DNA of 64,000 bases, from NCBI GenBank assembly GCA_022750155.1, contig JAKIWG010000005.1:34465-98464 (forward strand), written 5' to 3'. The notes below the pieces were generated by a model. The model was not told the origin of the DNA and made no database searches. It worked only from the letters and a program-made list of their open reading frames with translations. This document shows positions 43,683-53,482 of this stretch, one piece after another. The translations under genes were made by a program, and so were the position numbers. Origin of the DNA: Thermoplasmata archaeon. Its GTDB lineage: Archaea > Thermoplasmatota > Thermoplasmata > Lutacidiplasmatales > UBA184. The first letter of the stretch is position 1. Every line of letters starts with the position of its first letter.

Positions 43683-46600
43683 TCAGGGCCCAGAGTCATA
43701 TGAATCCGTCGGGGGCGGGTAGGTCGGAGTTTCGAGCTCGCTCGAACCGCCCCGCGGAGGGATCTGCGTGGGCGGCTCGAAGGCTGGATATCCCCCGTCG
43801 GACGGGGGCTCGACCTCCTGCGTTTCGGCCCCTCCCGGCATGCCCCCTCGGCCCCTCCGACGGACCAGCACCACCCCCGCGATCGCGGCGGCCCCGGCCA
43901 CCGCGACGCCCAGCAGGCCGAGGGTCTCGAGCGCGACCGTGCTCGACCCTATCTGAACGTTGGCGGGGGAGGACGGGTGACTCGACCCCACGGCGTTCCA
44001 CGCCACCACCACAATGGTGTACGCAGCTCCGCTCCCCGGCGAGCCGAGGCTCACGGAAAGCGCCCCGGTCGTGTTCACGTCGCCGACCAGGGTGCCGCCC
44101 ATCCGGAGCTGCACCTCGTAGCCCGTCACGGGCGATCCGTCGTCGCTCGCGGGCGCTGCCCAGGTGACCTCGATGGTCCCGTTCGGTTCCAGAACGGCAT
44201 GGTTGGACTGCGGTGGGTACGGCACGCCGACGGGCACCCCCTGGAGAGGCGGAACCCGGGGGCTCTGGTTCGTCGGATCCGACGCCTGGACGGTCGCGAA
44301 GTACGGAACGCCGTCCGTGAGCCCGCCGACCGTCCCCTGGGTCATGTTGCCGAATGCCGTGGCGGAGAAGGGGCCTTGCGGTGAGGAGGCGACGCCGACG
44401 GAATAATTGAGCGGCCCGGACCCGGCAAACAGCGGGGTCGACCAATTCAGATCGAGCGAGTCATTCCTCGGGGTGAGCCCGAAGTTCAGTGGCGGGGAGA
44501 CCACCCCTCGAAGATGGGCCCAGTAGCCGGAGATCGGGCCGTCGCCGCACCCGAACAGCGTGGAGGTGCCCGGGTCCCACTCGAGCTGGCCACATACCGA
44601 TGTAACGTTGAGCGGACCGAGCGAGGGGGATCCGGCCCCAGTTCCGATCATTCGCACCGATGGGTTCCCCGGGGGCCCCGTCGCGGCGACGAACAGGACC
44701 CCGTCGACGAGGTCCACCGACATGCCGCCCAGGACCAACCCGGGGGGAGTGACGATCATGGTCGGAGGGGACGCATTCCCCAGGTGGAGGACCGTGATGT
44801 TCCTCCCCAGCAGGTTTCCGACGTACAGGTCGCCTTGGCCATCCCACGCCAGGCTGGCGGGGCGGCCCGACACGGGGAAGACGGCCGACCGCTGGAGCGT
44901 CGAACCGTCCACCTCGGTCACGTTCCCGGGGGTGGCGCAATTCGACACGAAGGCTCGGAGCCCCTGCGGATCGACCGCAATGGCGCATCCCCTCATCCCG
45001 GGGAGCGGGACCGATCCGACCAGGAGTCCCGAACTGAAGTTGTACAGGAGAACTCTCGAAGGATTGACCGAGATTAGGTAGAGCCACTGGTGCTCGGGGT
45101 CGATCGCAAGGAGGGCGACGACGGTAGCCGGCCCCAGATCGATCGTCTGCTCGACCGCTCCCGTGAGCTCGGAGAGCCCCACGATCGTCCCCGAGACCGC
45201 CCCCTCTTCGAACAGTTCGTGGCGTGCCGGTGCGGCGACGACCCCAGCCAACGGGTTTCCCCCCGCGCCGTTCTCCCAGAGGACGTGATTGTCCGATATC
45301 CCGATTCCCGCGGTCACGTTCGGGAACAACCCCGCCACGAAGTAGAGCCCCGCCGCGGGATCGATGGCCACGGCGTTCTCTCCGAGGGGCGCGCTCGAGT
45401 AGAATCGGGGGGAGGCGAGCGTGGGGAGCCCGAAGGTCGCGACGCCTTGTGGCGGCCCGCCCACCGCCACGACCGCATGGACCGGGGGGTCGACCACGAG
45501 GCCGGTGAACGCGTACGCGCCCGGCACCCCGGGCAGGCTCGCGTCCATGAAATGGCCGACCACCCGGCTGCCGTTGACGGGGTAGCTCGTCAGGTTTCCA
45601 GCGGTGGCCCCGTCGGCGAAGAGCAGCGCCCGGTGGGCCGGATCGTAGGCGAGGGCACTGGCATTCCCTGTCGTACGCGTTGGCAGGACGATGGGGAGGT
45701 CGCGTAGCTGGAAGGTCGTCAGGTTGAGGTCGATGAAGGTGTTGCCCGACTCGTTGACGAGGAACACGTTCGACCCCCCGTCGTACGTCGGCAGTACGGC
45801 GGTCGACCGGGGGAGTCCGGGAAGGACGCTGAGGAGGGTGTCGTTACGAGTGGTGAATACCGGGACGGACCGACTCCCGGCGGAGACCACCAATATGCCT
45901 TCCGCGCAGGCGAGGCCGAAGCGGCCGCAGGAGGCGAACGGACTGCAGAAGGATGGGGCTATGAACAGATAGGCGACGACGCTGTAGGTCCGGGCGTCGA
46001 TCGCCGCAATGGCGAAGCTAAGGTTCGCCGACCGGGAGATGTTCTCCGTAAAGACCTGGTCGGTGGTCGGGTCCCACGCCAGTTGGGTCGGCACAAATCC
46101 GTCGCCCGTGACCCCAGGGAAGACCACCGCGGCGACTCGGCTCAGGTCGGATTCCCGGAGCACTAGGACCCCTCCCTGTTGGGGAGACGTCGTAAAGTTC
46201 GTCCAGCCGATGAACAGTTCGTGATCGGTGGGGTCCAGCGCTTCAAACAGGGGAACGCCCCACGGAAAGGCGGTGACCGTGGAGATCGTCCGGAGGATTA
46301 CGCCGGAGGTAAGGTTCACCTCCTGAACGGTCCCGACCGCGGTGTTGGTCAGGAACGCGTCTTGGGTCAATGGGTCGACGGCGAGACCTAGGCCGTCGGC
46401 CTCGGTGCCCAGGGGTGGTGCGTCGCTGACCTCGAAGGACGAGGGGCTCAATCCCACGGCGGGGCGGGGCCGCCCGTCCGGCGGAGGCCAGCTTCCCGTC
46501 CACCCGACCGAACTGGGTCGGTGGAGCGCCTTCGAGGATGTCGGAGGGTGCCCTCGCGCGGGGGCGTCCCGAGCGGAAGCCCCTCCCGCGACCGTAGGTC

Positions 46601-46694
46601 CGGGGTCGACCACCAAGAGGACGAGAAGGACGACGACCGAGGCGGGAACCCACCCCTTCGACCGAAGTGCGCGCCTCGGACCGCGCGCGTACAT
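43683..46694 (-). CDS. Surface protein: YVTN-type beta-propeller repeats + two fibronectin-III-like domains + C-terminal TM anchor
   Basis: ATG 46694 ('MYARGPRR...ASVVVLLVLLVV'). Repeated blades include 'LAVDPLTQDAFLTN', 'LAYDPAHRALLFAD', 'VAIDPAAGLYFVAG', 'LAIDPEHQWLYLIS' and 'IAVDPQGLRAFVSN'. FN3-like signatures are 'LDLNWSTP...YSVGV...PYFATVQA' and 'VTWAAPASDDGSPVTGYEVQL'. The TM 'LGLLGVAVAGAAAIAGVVLV' is followed by 'RRRGRGG' and a ~60-aa tail. Confidence 0.75.
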   Translation of the reverse strand: MYARGPRRALRSKGWVPASVVVLLVLLVVDPGPTVAGGASARDAPARGHPPTSSKALHRPSSVGWTGSWPPPDGRPRPAVGLSPSSFEVSDAPPLGTEADGLGLAVDPLTQDAFLTNTAVGTVQEVNLTSGVILRTISTVTAFPWGVPLFEALDPTDHELFIGWTNFTTSPQQGGVLVLRESDLSRVAAVVFPGVTGDGFVPTQLAWDPTTDQVFTENISRSANLSFAIAAIDARTYSVVAYLFIAPSFCSPFASCGRFGLACAEGILVVSAGSRSVPVFTTRNDTLLSVLPGLPRSTAVLPTYDGGSNVFLVNESGNTFIDLNLTTFQLRDLPIVLPTRTTGNASALAYDPAHRALLFADGATAGNLTSYPVNGSRVVGHFMDASLPGVPGAYAFTGLVVDPPVHAVVAVGGPPQGVATFGLPTLASPRFYSSAPLGENAVAIDPAAGLYFVAGLFPNVTAGIGISDNHVLWENGAGGNPLAGVVAAPARHELFEEGAVSGTIVGLSELTGAVEQTIDLGPATVVALLAIDPEHQWLYLISVNPSRVLLYNFSSGLLVGSVPLPGMRGCAIAVDPQGLRAFVSNCATPGNVTEVDGSTLQRSAVFPVSGRPASLAWDGQGDLYVGNLLGRNITVLHLGNASPPTMIVTPPGLVLGGMSVDLVDGVLFVAATGPPGNPSVRMIGTGAGSPSLGPLNVTSVCGQLEWDPGTSTLFGCGDGPISGYWAHLRGVVSPPLNFGLTPRNDSLDLNWSTPLFAGSGPLNYSVGVASSPQGPFSATAFGNMTQGTVGGLTDGVPYFATVQASDPTNQSPRVPPLQGVPVGVPYPPQSNHAVLEPNGTIEVTWAAPASDDGSPVTGYEVQLRMGGTLVGDVNTTGALSVSLGSPGSGAAYTIVVVAWNAVGSSHPSSPANVQIGSSTVALETLGLLGVAVAGAAAIAGVVLVRRRGRGGMPGGAETQEVEPPSDGGYPAFEPPTQIPPRGGSSELETPTYPPPTDSYDSGP

Positions 46695-46779
46695 GGGCGG
46701 ATGCAAACCGTCTCGGGATACATAAGTCGGGCCTCAGGTCCCTCGGATTCGACCGGCCGAATCGACCGGACCCGCCGAC

Positions 46780-47781
46780 CTATGTCGCGAACCGGAGCGG
46801 CGACATCCAGGAACTCTTCGTCTCGACCGTGCCCGTGGCGGCATCCACCCGGGCGAGGACTCCCGCGGCGCGTCCCAAGAGGGAAAACTCGAGGGAGTAC
46901 CAGAAGACGTCGTACTGGCCCGGGCTCTCCCGGACCTTGGCGAAGTGATAGGTCAGACCGAGCATTCTCCCCTGTTGGATGGCCGGCCCGTAGCTCCGCT
47001 CCATCGCGTCCTGGGCGCTCCGGACGGGGCCCGCTTCGGGGGGAATCTTCGCGACTTCGAGGGACTGGGCGACGCCGAGCGACCCGTGAAACAGGTGGTA
47101 CGACTCCATCCGAACCCGCACCCTCGGCCCGGTGAGGTCCTCCTCGACCAGCAGGAAGACGAACGGATTTCCCTGGGGGACGACTGCGCTGAACCCACCC
47201 GTTCGGCGAGCGACCTCCGCCCGCCATCGGGCCGCAAGGCGGACGACGAGGTAGCCGAGGTAGACGGCGAGCAGGGCCCACGCGGTCGCCTCCCAGAACC
47301 AGACCGGGACCCGTCCGCGCTCGTAGATCATCAGCCAGAACGAGAAGCCCGTGAACGCCATCGTACCGACGTTGATCGCCCGGTCCGCATCGAGATGGAA
47401 CTCGTACTTGGAGAAGGGGGCGAACGGAGGAACGGAGAAGTGGGTGAATCCGTCGAGGAAGACATGGCAGAGGCCTCCCGCTTCCATGGCAAGGAAGTAG
47501 AGGAGCGTCGACCCCGCCGCAAATCCGGCGCCCACGACGGCGGTAAAGAGGATCGGGACGACGAAGGCCCCCACGGCGGCCACCAGGGTGACCCCGAAGA
47601 TCGAGTGGGTGATGCCGTGGTGGCGTAGCAGCGGGAAACGCCCGGCGAGGGGGAAGAACAGGGCGTCCGCGTCCGGCAAACCCCCGGCGAGCGCGCCGGC
47701 GGCGATGTACTGCAGTCCGTTCGGTCCCCAGAGCCCGAAGGAGACCAGGTAGGCGAACAGGACGTGGGTGAACAGGTCCAT
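46780..47781 (-). CDS. Membrane-bound metal-dependent hydrolase (YdjM/DUF457-like) with a C-terminal soluble extension
   Basis: 333 aa. 'MDLFTHVLFAYLV', 'LPDADALF' and 'HHGITHSIFG' form the His/Asp pattern of the LexA-regulated YdjM-type family. There are about 5 TM segments, then a ~150-aa soluble domain. Confidence 0.6.
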   Translation of the reverse strand: MDLFTHVLFAYLVSFGLWGPNGLQYIAAGALAGGLPDADALFFPLAGRFPLLRHHGITHSIFGVTLVAAVGAFVVPILFTAVVGAGFAAGSTLLYFLAMEAGGLCHVFLDGFTHFSVPPFAPFSKYEFHLDADRAINVGTMAFTGFSFWLMIYERGRVPVWFWEATAWALLAVYLGYLVVRLAARWRAEVARRTGGFSAVVPQGNPFVFLLVEEDLTGPRVRVRMESYHLFHGSLGVAQSLEVAKIPPEAGPVRSAQDAMERSYGPAIQQGRMLGLTYHFAKVRESPGQYDVFWYSLEFSLLGRAAGVLARVDAATGTVETKSSWMSPLRFAT

Positions 47782-47996
47782 CTAAATCGCAGGGCCAGTT
47801 CGGGCGGGCGGAAAAGGCTCGCGCATCCTGGGAAGTGCCGAGTCAACGGTTCCCCGGTGGGCCCGGCGGCAAGCAGATTGGACCGCCGTTGGGCCGTGGC
47901 CCCGGCCGTTCGCCCGAGGGATCCGAGGGACCCGGGTCCGCGGGAGACCCCCGCCCGGTCGGGATCGACTCGGACTCGGCGCGCCCGTCCCAACGA

Positions 47997-50753
47997 TCAG
48001 GTCCGCCCTGGGGGGCGAGCGGGTGGAGGCGTCCGACGGCTCAGCAGGATCCCTGCGATGGCCCCGACGGCGAGGCCCCCGACCGCCACCAGACCGAGCT
48101 CCGGATAGAGCGCGTTCGGAAGGCCAGTCGGTGGGATCGGAGGGGAGACGGGGCGGAGCGGGGTGATGTTCAGCTGGACCGACCCCGACACGGTGCGCCC
48201 GGCCGCGTCATCGGCTCGCACCCCGAGCAGGAACGTCCCGAGCTCGGTGGGAGTGCAGTTCAGCTGGCTCACGTTCGAGGAACTGCACCCCGCCGGGAGG
48301 CCGGAGTACGCATACGAGACTGGCGGGACCTCACCGGAAACGATGGCAAGCACCCGCACCGAGCTTCCCACAGGGACGCTCGATGGGGTCACCCACAGTC
48401 CGACCAGGGTGAACGCCGGAAGCGTCGCCGGGTGGACCACTAGACGGGCTGTGGAGCCCACAGCGGCCCCAGCCGAGTCCGTGACCCGCACCGAGATCGA
48501 CCAGTTCCCCGGCGCCGCCGGCGTGCAGTTGAACTCGGACGCATTCGGACCGACGCACCCCGTGGGCAGCCCGGAAAAGGCGAACTGGTAGGGACCCACG
48601 CCCCCGGTCGCCACCGTCCAGATCGTGACCGGCTGCCCCACCTGCGTCTGGTTGGGGGCGATCTCGAACACGAGGAGCGCGAGCGGGGAGACATCGGTCG
48701 ACACCGGCAGCGTGAGGTTGGCCGAGGCGACGTCACCAAAGCCATCGGAGACGCCGACGCCCACGAGGAACGAACCGACCGAGCGCGGGACGCAGAGGAG
48801 GACCGATGCGTTCGCCGTCGTGCACCCCGGCGGGAGTCCGGTGTACGAGTACGACAGGGGACCGTCTCCACCCGACGTATCGACGATGAGGGTCGTATTC
48901 GAGTCCTGCACGACGGAGCTCGGCGAGCTGAAGAAGGCCGTCACGTGGATCGGCGAGGACGGAACGTAGACGCTGAGTAGGCGGGTCCCTATCTCGCTGC
49001 CGTTGTCCGTCACGGTGAGCACCGGGTGGAACATCCCCGACCGCAGGTATCGATGGGTGGCCGCGGCACCTGAGGTGATGGCGGATCCATCACCCCAATC
49101 CCATCGGAGCTGATACGGCGGCATCCCGCCGCCGACGGTGGCCGTGAAGTTGACGGGGGCACCCGCCGCCGGGGCGGCGACGGAGGGAGGCGAGACAGAC
49201 AGGTTCAGGGGAAGGCCGAGGGCGTACAGGCGGCCACCGCCCTTGCCGCTCCAGTTCGCGGTCCCAAAATAGATCCGACCGTCGGCGACCGACGGTCCGG
49301 CGTTGATTGTCCCATTGACGCGGTACTGGTACAGCGTTTGGCCGGTGGCGGCGCTCAGAACCTCCAGTGTGGCCGTACGGTTGTCGTTCGCGTCGGCCGC
49401 GTCGACCACCAACCCGTCGGCGTAACTGATGCCGGCCCGCACTATCCCCGGGCTCGGGTGCGTCCATCGGTAGCTTCCGTTCGAAGGGTCGACGGCCCGC
49501 ACCGTCCCGGCCACCTTCGTCCCGTTCGGGAGGCGGGCGTAGCCGCCCCCGAGGAAGAGCGTCGACCCGTTGAATGCGCCGGGTGCGAGCGCGCAGCCGC
49601 AGGCCTGCTCGCCCGTGGAGAAGTTGGCGTACCAGGACACATTGTCCCGCCATATCGGCCCCCACGTGCCGTTCGTGGAAACGTTCGTCCGGTTGAGTGC
49701 GTAGAAGATCCCATTCTTGTTCGTCGCCCCGACATAGAGGTGGCCGACGACGTCGTGGAAGAAGGTAGGGCCGGCGCCGAAATCGTAATCGACGCCCGTG
49801 TGCCCCTCTTTCCAGTACCCCACGAGCGCAAGGCTGGAGGCGTTGAGGGCCAGGATCGCCCGGAAGTATCCGCTGCTCGCGCTGATCTCGTCGCCCGTCG
49901 TGACCCATACGAGGTTCGTGCTCGGGTCGTAGGCCGGAGTGGACCAGACCGAACCGCCCGCCTGGCCGGTGGGGACGATGGCGAAGGCGTGCGTGACGCG
50001 GTGCGTGGTCCCGTTCAGGTTGATGGAGAGGAGCTCGCCCTGAGAGGAGGGGTTGCCGCATGCCGTGGATAGGCCGATGTACCCCTCGGTACCCGCGATC
50101 AGGGGGCTTCCCCAGTTGTAATCTCCCGCGCTCGGATTGTTGACCTTCTCGGAGACCGACCAGTTCACCGAGCCGTTCGACTCATTGAGGGCATAGAACC
50201 GGGCATCGCCTCCCCCGACATACACCGTTCCGTTCCAGACGGTGGCGGTGGAGGTCGTTCCCCGCGCGCCGGCGTAGCCGCACCCGGAGAACGTGGTCGA
50301 GCCGACCGAGGTCTTCCATTTGAGGCTCCCGTTGGATGCATTGAACGCATACTCGTACCCATCCCAACTGCTCACAAAGACCACGCCGTCGTGCACGACT
50401 GCGGTGTCCTGGACGGCACCCCCCGTCCCCTTCGACCAGATCAGCCCCAGACGGGAAGCGTTGGACGGCGCGATGGTCCGCTCCAGAAGGTTCGCGCCCG
50501 AGCGCGTGCCATCGTACACGTACGTGGGCCATTCCCCGAAGCCCGGCGGAGAAGTCGCAGGGTGGGAGCCCGGGGCGGAGGCGTCTCCCGTGGACAGGTC
50601 GGGATGGGGATGGGCGCGAGGGCCCAGCGAAGCGGAAGACTCGACCGGCCGGCCCCCTGGGGCGACAGACGGTGCGAGCAACAAGAGGAGAATCGCGGTC
50701 GACCCGACGATGAGGGTCGACCGACCATGGAACCTCGCCTTGTTCGACGGCAC
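47997..50753 (-). CDS. Surface protein: PQQ-like beta-propeller + PKD domain + three Cys-pair Ig-like modules + C-terminal TM anchor
   Basis: 918 aa with a GTG start. The signal is 'STLIVGSTAILLLLLAPSVAPG'. 'VVHDGVVFVSSWDGYEYAFNASNGSLKWK' and 'GRLYAL' are PQQ/BamB-like blades. The PKD signature is 'LRWDWGDGS...THRY...GMFHPVLTVTDNGS'. The TM 'LGLVAVGGLAVGAIAGILL' is followed by 'SRRTPPPARPPGRT'. Confidence 0.8.
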   Translation of the reverse strand: MPSNKARFHGRSTLIVGSTAILLLLLAPSVAPGGRPVESSASLGPRAHPHPDLSTGDASAPGSHPATSPPGFGEWPTYVYDGTRSGANLLERTIAPSNASRLGLIWSKGTGGAVQDTAVVHDGVVFVSSWDGYEYAFNASNGSLKWKTSVGSTTFSGCGYAGARGTTSTATVWNGTVYVGGGDARFYALNESNGSVNWSVSEKVNNPSAGDYNWGSPLIAGTEGYIGLSTACGNPSSQGELLSINLNGTTHRVTHAFAIVPTGQAGGSVWSTPAYDPSTNLVWVTTGDEISASSGYFRAILALNASSLALVGYWKEGHTGVDYDFGAGPTFFHDVVGHLYVGATNKNGIFYALNRTNVSTNGTWGPIWRDNVSWYANFSTGEQACGCALAPGAFNGSTLFLGGGYARLPNGTKVAGTVRAVDPSNGSYRWTHPSPGIVRAGISYADGLVVDAADANDNRTATLEVLSAATGQTLYQYRVNGTINAGPSVADGRIYFGTANWSGKGGGRLYALGLPLNLSVSPPSVAAPAAGAPVNFTATVGGGMPPYQLRWDWGDGSAITSGAAATHRYLRSGMFHPVLTVTDNGSEIGTRLLSVYVPSSPIHVTAFFSSPSSVVQDSNTTLIVDTSGGDGPLSYSYTGLPPGCTTANASVLLCVPRSVGSFLVGVGVSDGFGDVASANLTLPVSTDVSPLALLVFEIAPNQTQVGQPVTIWTVATGGVGPYQFAFSGLPTGCVGPNASEFNCTPAAPGNWSISVRVTDSAGAAVGSTARLVVHPATLPAFTLVGLWVTPSSVPVGSSVRVLAIVSGEVPPVSYAYSGLPAGCSSSNVSQLNCTPTELGTFLLGVRADDAAGRTVSGSVQLNITPLRPVSPPIPPTGLPNALYPELGLVAVGGLAVGAIAGILLSRRTPPPARPPGRT
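48162..48953 (-). repeat. Three tandem Cys-pair Ig-like domain repeats inside 47997..50753 (same module type as 27399..28418)
   Basis: The three copies carry 'YSYTGLPPGCTTANASVLLCVPRSVGSFLVGVGVSDGFG', 'FAFSGLPTGCVGPNASEFNCTPAAPGNWSISVRVTDSAG' and 'YAYSGLPAGCSSSNVSQLNCTPTELGTFLLGVRADDAAG'. Confidence 0.8.
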
Positions 50754-50775
50754 TGGGCTGAGAATCCCCCGGGCT

Positions 50776-50783
50776 ACATATCC
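50776..50783 (-). promoter_or_regulatory. TATA-like box for 47997..50753
   Basis: 'GGATATGT' on the minus strand is centred about 26 nt upstream of GTG 50753. Confidence 0.35.
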
Positions 50784-51061
50784 TAGAAAGCGGCGCCAGA
50801 CGATCCCGAACTATCGACTACGCGTGACTCCGGGCTCCGGCCCCGCCGCGGCGCCGGCCGGGAGGAGAAGGCGAGAGATGGCAGCCCGAACGGATCCTTG
50901 AACGAATTGGGGGCGGGCGAAGCTCTCGGCGTGGGCCACCCGCCCAGGTTCTCGCCGCCGTCGCCCCGCGGCGTCCCGGGCGTCGGCCGATCCTGGCACC
51001 GACGGAAGGCCGTCGGTCCGTCCCCGGGGTCGGAAGGGAGCCCGCACCGAATCTGCGATTC

Positions 51062-52255
51062 TCAGCGAAGTTTCAGTTCGCGTCCGGCCTTCTCGAAGGC
51101 GGAGATCGCGAACGTGAGGTCCTCGTCGGTCAGGGCTGAGTTCATGATCGTACGGATCCGCGCCTGGTTCTTGGCCACCATCGGGAAGACGATGGGAAGG
51201 GCGAATACCCCTGCCTGGAACAGCCGCTGGCTCAGTTGCTTGGCGGCCGAGCTCTCGCCGACCATCACGGGAATGATGGGGGTCTGGCTGCGGCCCGTAT
51301 CGAACCCGAGTCCCTGCATCTCGCGCTTGAAGCGTTCGGTAAGCGCCCAGAGCCTTCGCACGTGCTGGGGCTCGCTTTCGAGCACATCGACCGCCGCGAG
51401 GCACGCCGCCACCACCGCCGGGGGATGCGAGCCGCTCAACAACCAGGTTCGGGACTTGTTGTAGGCAAACTCCGTCAGGGCTTTCGACCCGGAAATGTGA
51501 CCCCCGACGACCCCGAACGCCTTGGAGAACGTTCCCATCTCAACGTGGACCTCGTCACGCTTCAGATGGAAGTGGGAAACGATCCCCCGGCCGCCGTCTC
51601 CGAGGACGCCTTCCCCGTGCGCGTCGTCGACGTAGAGCATGGCTCCGTGATCGGCGGCCGCTCGCGCGATCTGGTCGAGGGGAGCGATGTCCCCATCCAT
51701 GGAGAAGACCCCGTCGGTGATGATGAGGATCCGGCGGTACGAGGGGAGGTGCTCCTCGCTCTGGGCGAGCACGCGCCGAAGGTCCTCCACGTCGGAGTGC
51801 TTGTAGACCGCACGCTCCCCGCGCGACAGACGGACCCCATCGATGATGCTTCCGTGGTTCAGCTCATCGCTCACCACGAGGTCGCCCTCTCCGACGAGCT
51901 GGGGGATGAGCCCGGCGTTCGTCGCGAACCCGGATTGGTAGACCAGCGACGCCTCCGCCCCCTTGAACTTCGCCAATCGGGCCTCGAGTTCGACGTGGAG
52001 GTCCATGGTCCCCGCGATCGGACGGACCGATCCGGAACCTACCCCGTGGGTCTGGATCGCCCGGATGGCGGCCTCGCGGAGCCGGGGGTGATTGCTGAGC
52101 CCGAGGTAGTTGTTCGAGCAGAGCATCAGCACCTCCTTGCCGTCCACCATGCAACGCGGGGTGCTCGGGCCCCGCAGGATCCTCAGCTTCCAGTCGAGGT
52201 CGCTGCGGACGAGCTGATCGTACTCTTGTTGGAGGAACCCGGCCGGATCCCGCAC
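51062..52255 (-). CDS. kbl: Glycine C-acetyltransferase (2-amino-3-ketobutyrate CoA ligase), PLP-dependent
   Basis: 397 aa with a GTG start. 'LCSNNYLGLSNHPRLREAAIRAIQTHGVGSGSVRPIAGT' matches E. coli Kbl, which as I recall reads 'NNYLGLANHP...SVRFICGT'. 'VDDAHG' is present, and the PLP-Lys region is 'GTFSKAFGVVGG'. It lies immediately downstream of tdh. Confidence 0.9.
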   Translation of the reverse strand: MRDPAGFLQQEYDQLVRSDLDWKLRILRGPSTPRCMVDGKEVLMLCSNNYLGLSNHPRLREAAIRAIQTHGVGSGSVRPIAGTMDLHVELEARLAKFKGAEASLVYQSGFATNAGLIPQLVGEGDLVVSDELNHGSIIDGVRLSRGERAVYKHSDVEDLRRVLAQSEEHLPSYRRILIITDGVFSMDGDIAPLDQIARAAADHGAMLYVDDAHGEGVLGDGGRGIVSHFHLKRDEVHVEMGTFSKAFGVVGGHISGSKALTEFAYNKSRTWLLSGSHPPAVVAACLAAVDVLESEPQHVRRLWALTERFKREMQGLGFDTGRSQTPIIPVMVGESSAAKQLSQRLFQAGVFALPIVFPMVAKNQARIRTIMNSALTDEDLTFAISAFEKAGRELKLR

Positions 52256-52256
52256 C

Positions 52257-53318
52257 TCACCACCCCGGTTGGAGCGAGATCTTGGCGGCGGTTCCGGACT
52301 TCATCAGTTCCATCGCCTTCGGGATCTCCCGCATCGGGAGCCGGTGGGTCACGATCTGGGCCATCTTCTCTCGGAAGGCGCCCTGGGTGAGGAGCCCCTT
52401 GACCTGGTACCAGGTCTCGAACATCCGACGCCCGTAGATTCCGTGGACCCGTGCAGCCTTGAAGATGATCGCATCGTCGAAGTTGAGCGAGCTCTCCCCC
52501 TCGAAGATCCCGAGGAGGGAGACTCGTCCGCCGGGCGCAAGGGCGTCGAACGCCAGCTTCAGCCCCCCCGGGTGGCCGGACATCTCTACGGCGACGTCCA
52601 CGCCCCGACCGCCGGTCGCGTCGAGGATCTGTCGGGCGGGGGTGGATCCGGGTTGGCTCGGGTCCACGACCAGGTCGGCGCCCATTTTCTTGGCGAGCCC
52701 GATCCGGAACGGGTTCACCTCGCTCGCGAACACCTCCTTCGCACCCAGGGTCCGCGCGACCGCAATCGCCAGAAGACCGATCGGCCCACACCCGGTGACG
52801 AGTACGCTCTTTCCGGCCAGGTCCTCCATGTTGTCTTCTGGGAGGAGCGAGTGGACGGCGTTCCCCAACGGTTCCTGCATCGACGCCAGGGCAGGGTCGA
52901 GGTCAGGATCGTTCTTCCAGGCGTTCATCTCCGGCAGGACGACGTACTCGGCGAAGACCCCGTCCCGGTCGACCCCGAGGACCTCGACGTGCTCGCAGAT
53001 ATGCATCCGACCGGTACGGCATGGGTAGCAGGTGCCGTCGACGATGTGGGTCTCGGCCGAGACGTGGTCTCCGACCTGCAGGCTCTTGACGCGGGAGCCG
53101 ACGCCCACGACCTCGCCGCTCAGTTCGTGGCCGAAGATCATTGGGACCCTTTTCACTCGGGAGCGTGCCCACTCATTCCATTCCCAGATATGGACGTCGG
53201 TGCCGCAGATCGACGAGGCCCGGACGGCCACGAGTACTTCGTCCTCGGCGGGCTGAGGCTCCGGGACCGACCGAATCTGGCCAGCGGGGGCGCGGTCGGT
53301 TTTTACGAACGCCTGCAC
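52257..53318 (-). CDS. tdh: L-threonine 3-dehydrogenase (Zn-dependent MDR family)
   Basis: GTG 53318 ('VQAFVKTDR...') inside ORF 52257..53480. Motifs are 'SSICGTDVHIWEWNEWARSRVKRVPMIFGHELSGEVVGVG', 'CYPCRTGRMHIC' (structural Zn Cys cluster) and 'VLVTGCGPIGL' (NAD-binding). Confidence 0.9.
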   Translation of the reverse strand: MQAFVKTDRAPAGQIRSVPEPQPAEDEVLVAVRASSICGTDVHIWEWNEWARSRVKRVPMIFGHELSGEVVGVGSRVKSLQVGDHVSAETHIVDGTCYPCRTGRMHICEHVEVLGVDRDGVFAEYVVLPEMNAWKNDPDLDPALASMQEPLGNAVHSLLPEDNMEDLAGKSVLVTGCGPIGLLAIAVARTLGAKEVFASEVNPFRIGLAKKMGADLVVDPSQPGSTPARQILDATGGRGVDVAVEMSGHPGGLKLAFDALAPGGRVSLLGIFEGESSLNFDDAIIFKAARVHGIYGRRMFETWYQVKGLLTQGAFREKMAQIVTHRLPMREIPKAMELMKSGTAAKISLQPGW

Positions 53319-53482
53319 GGGTTTCGGGCCAGTCGGTCCCAGACCTAAAGGCTTCCACCCGCCGCGTGCGGGCAGGGGCGTACTGCTGGCCTCCGGGGGT
53401 CCGGGGGGGCGCAGAATCGACCCGACGAGGGGGCCGAAAGGCCGAAGGGGTGGGCGCGCTACCCTCCCTCGGGGACCCATCG

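Noticed and set aside
51062-53318. kbl-tdh pair as something unusual
   Set aside because: This is the standard two-step threonine-to-glycine degradation operon. The gene order and the 1-nt spacing are ordinary.
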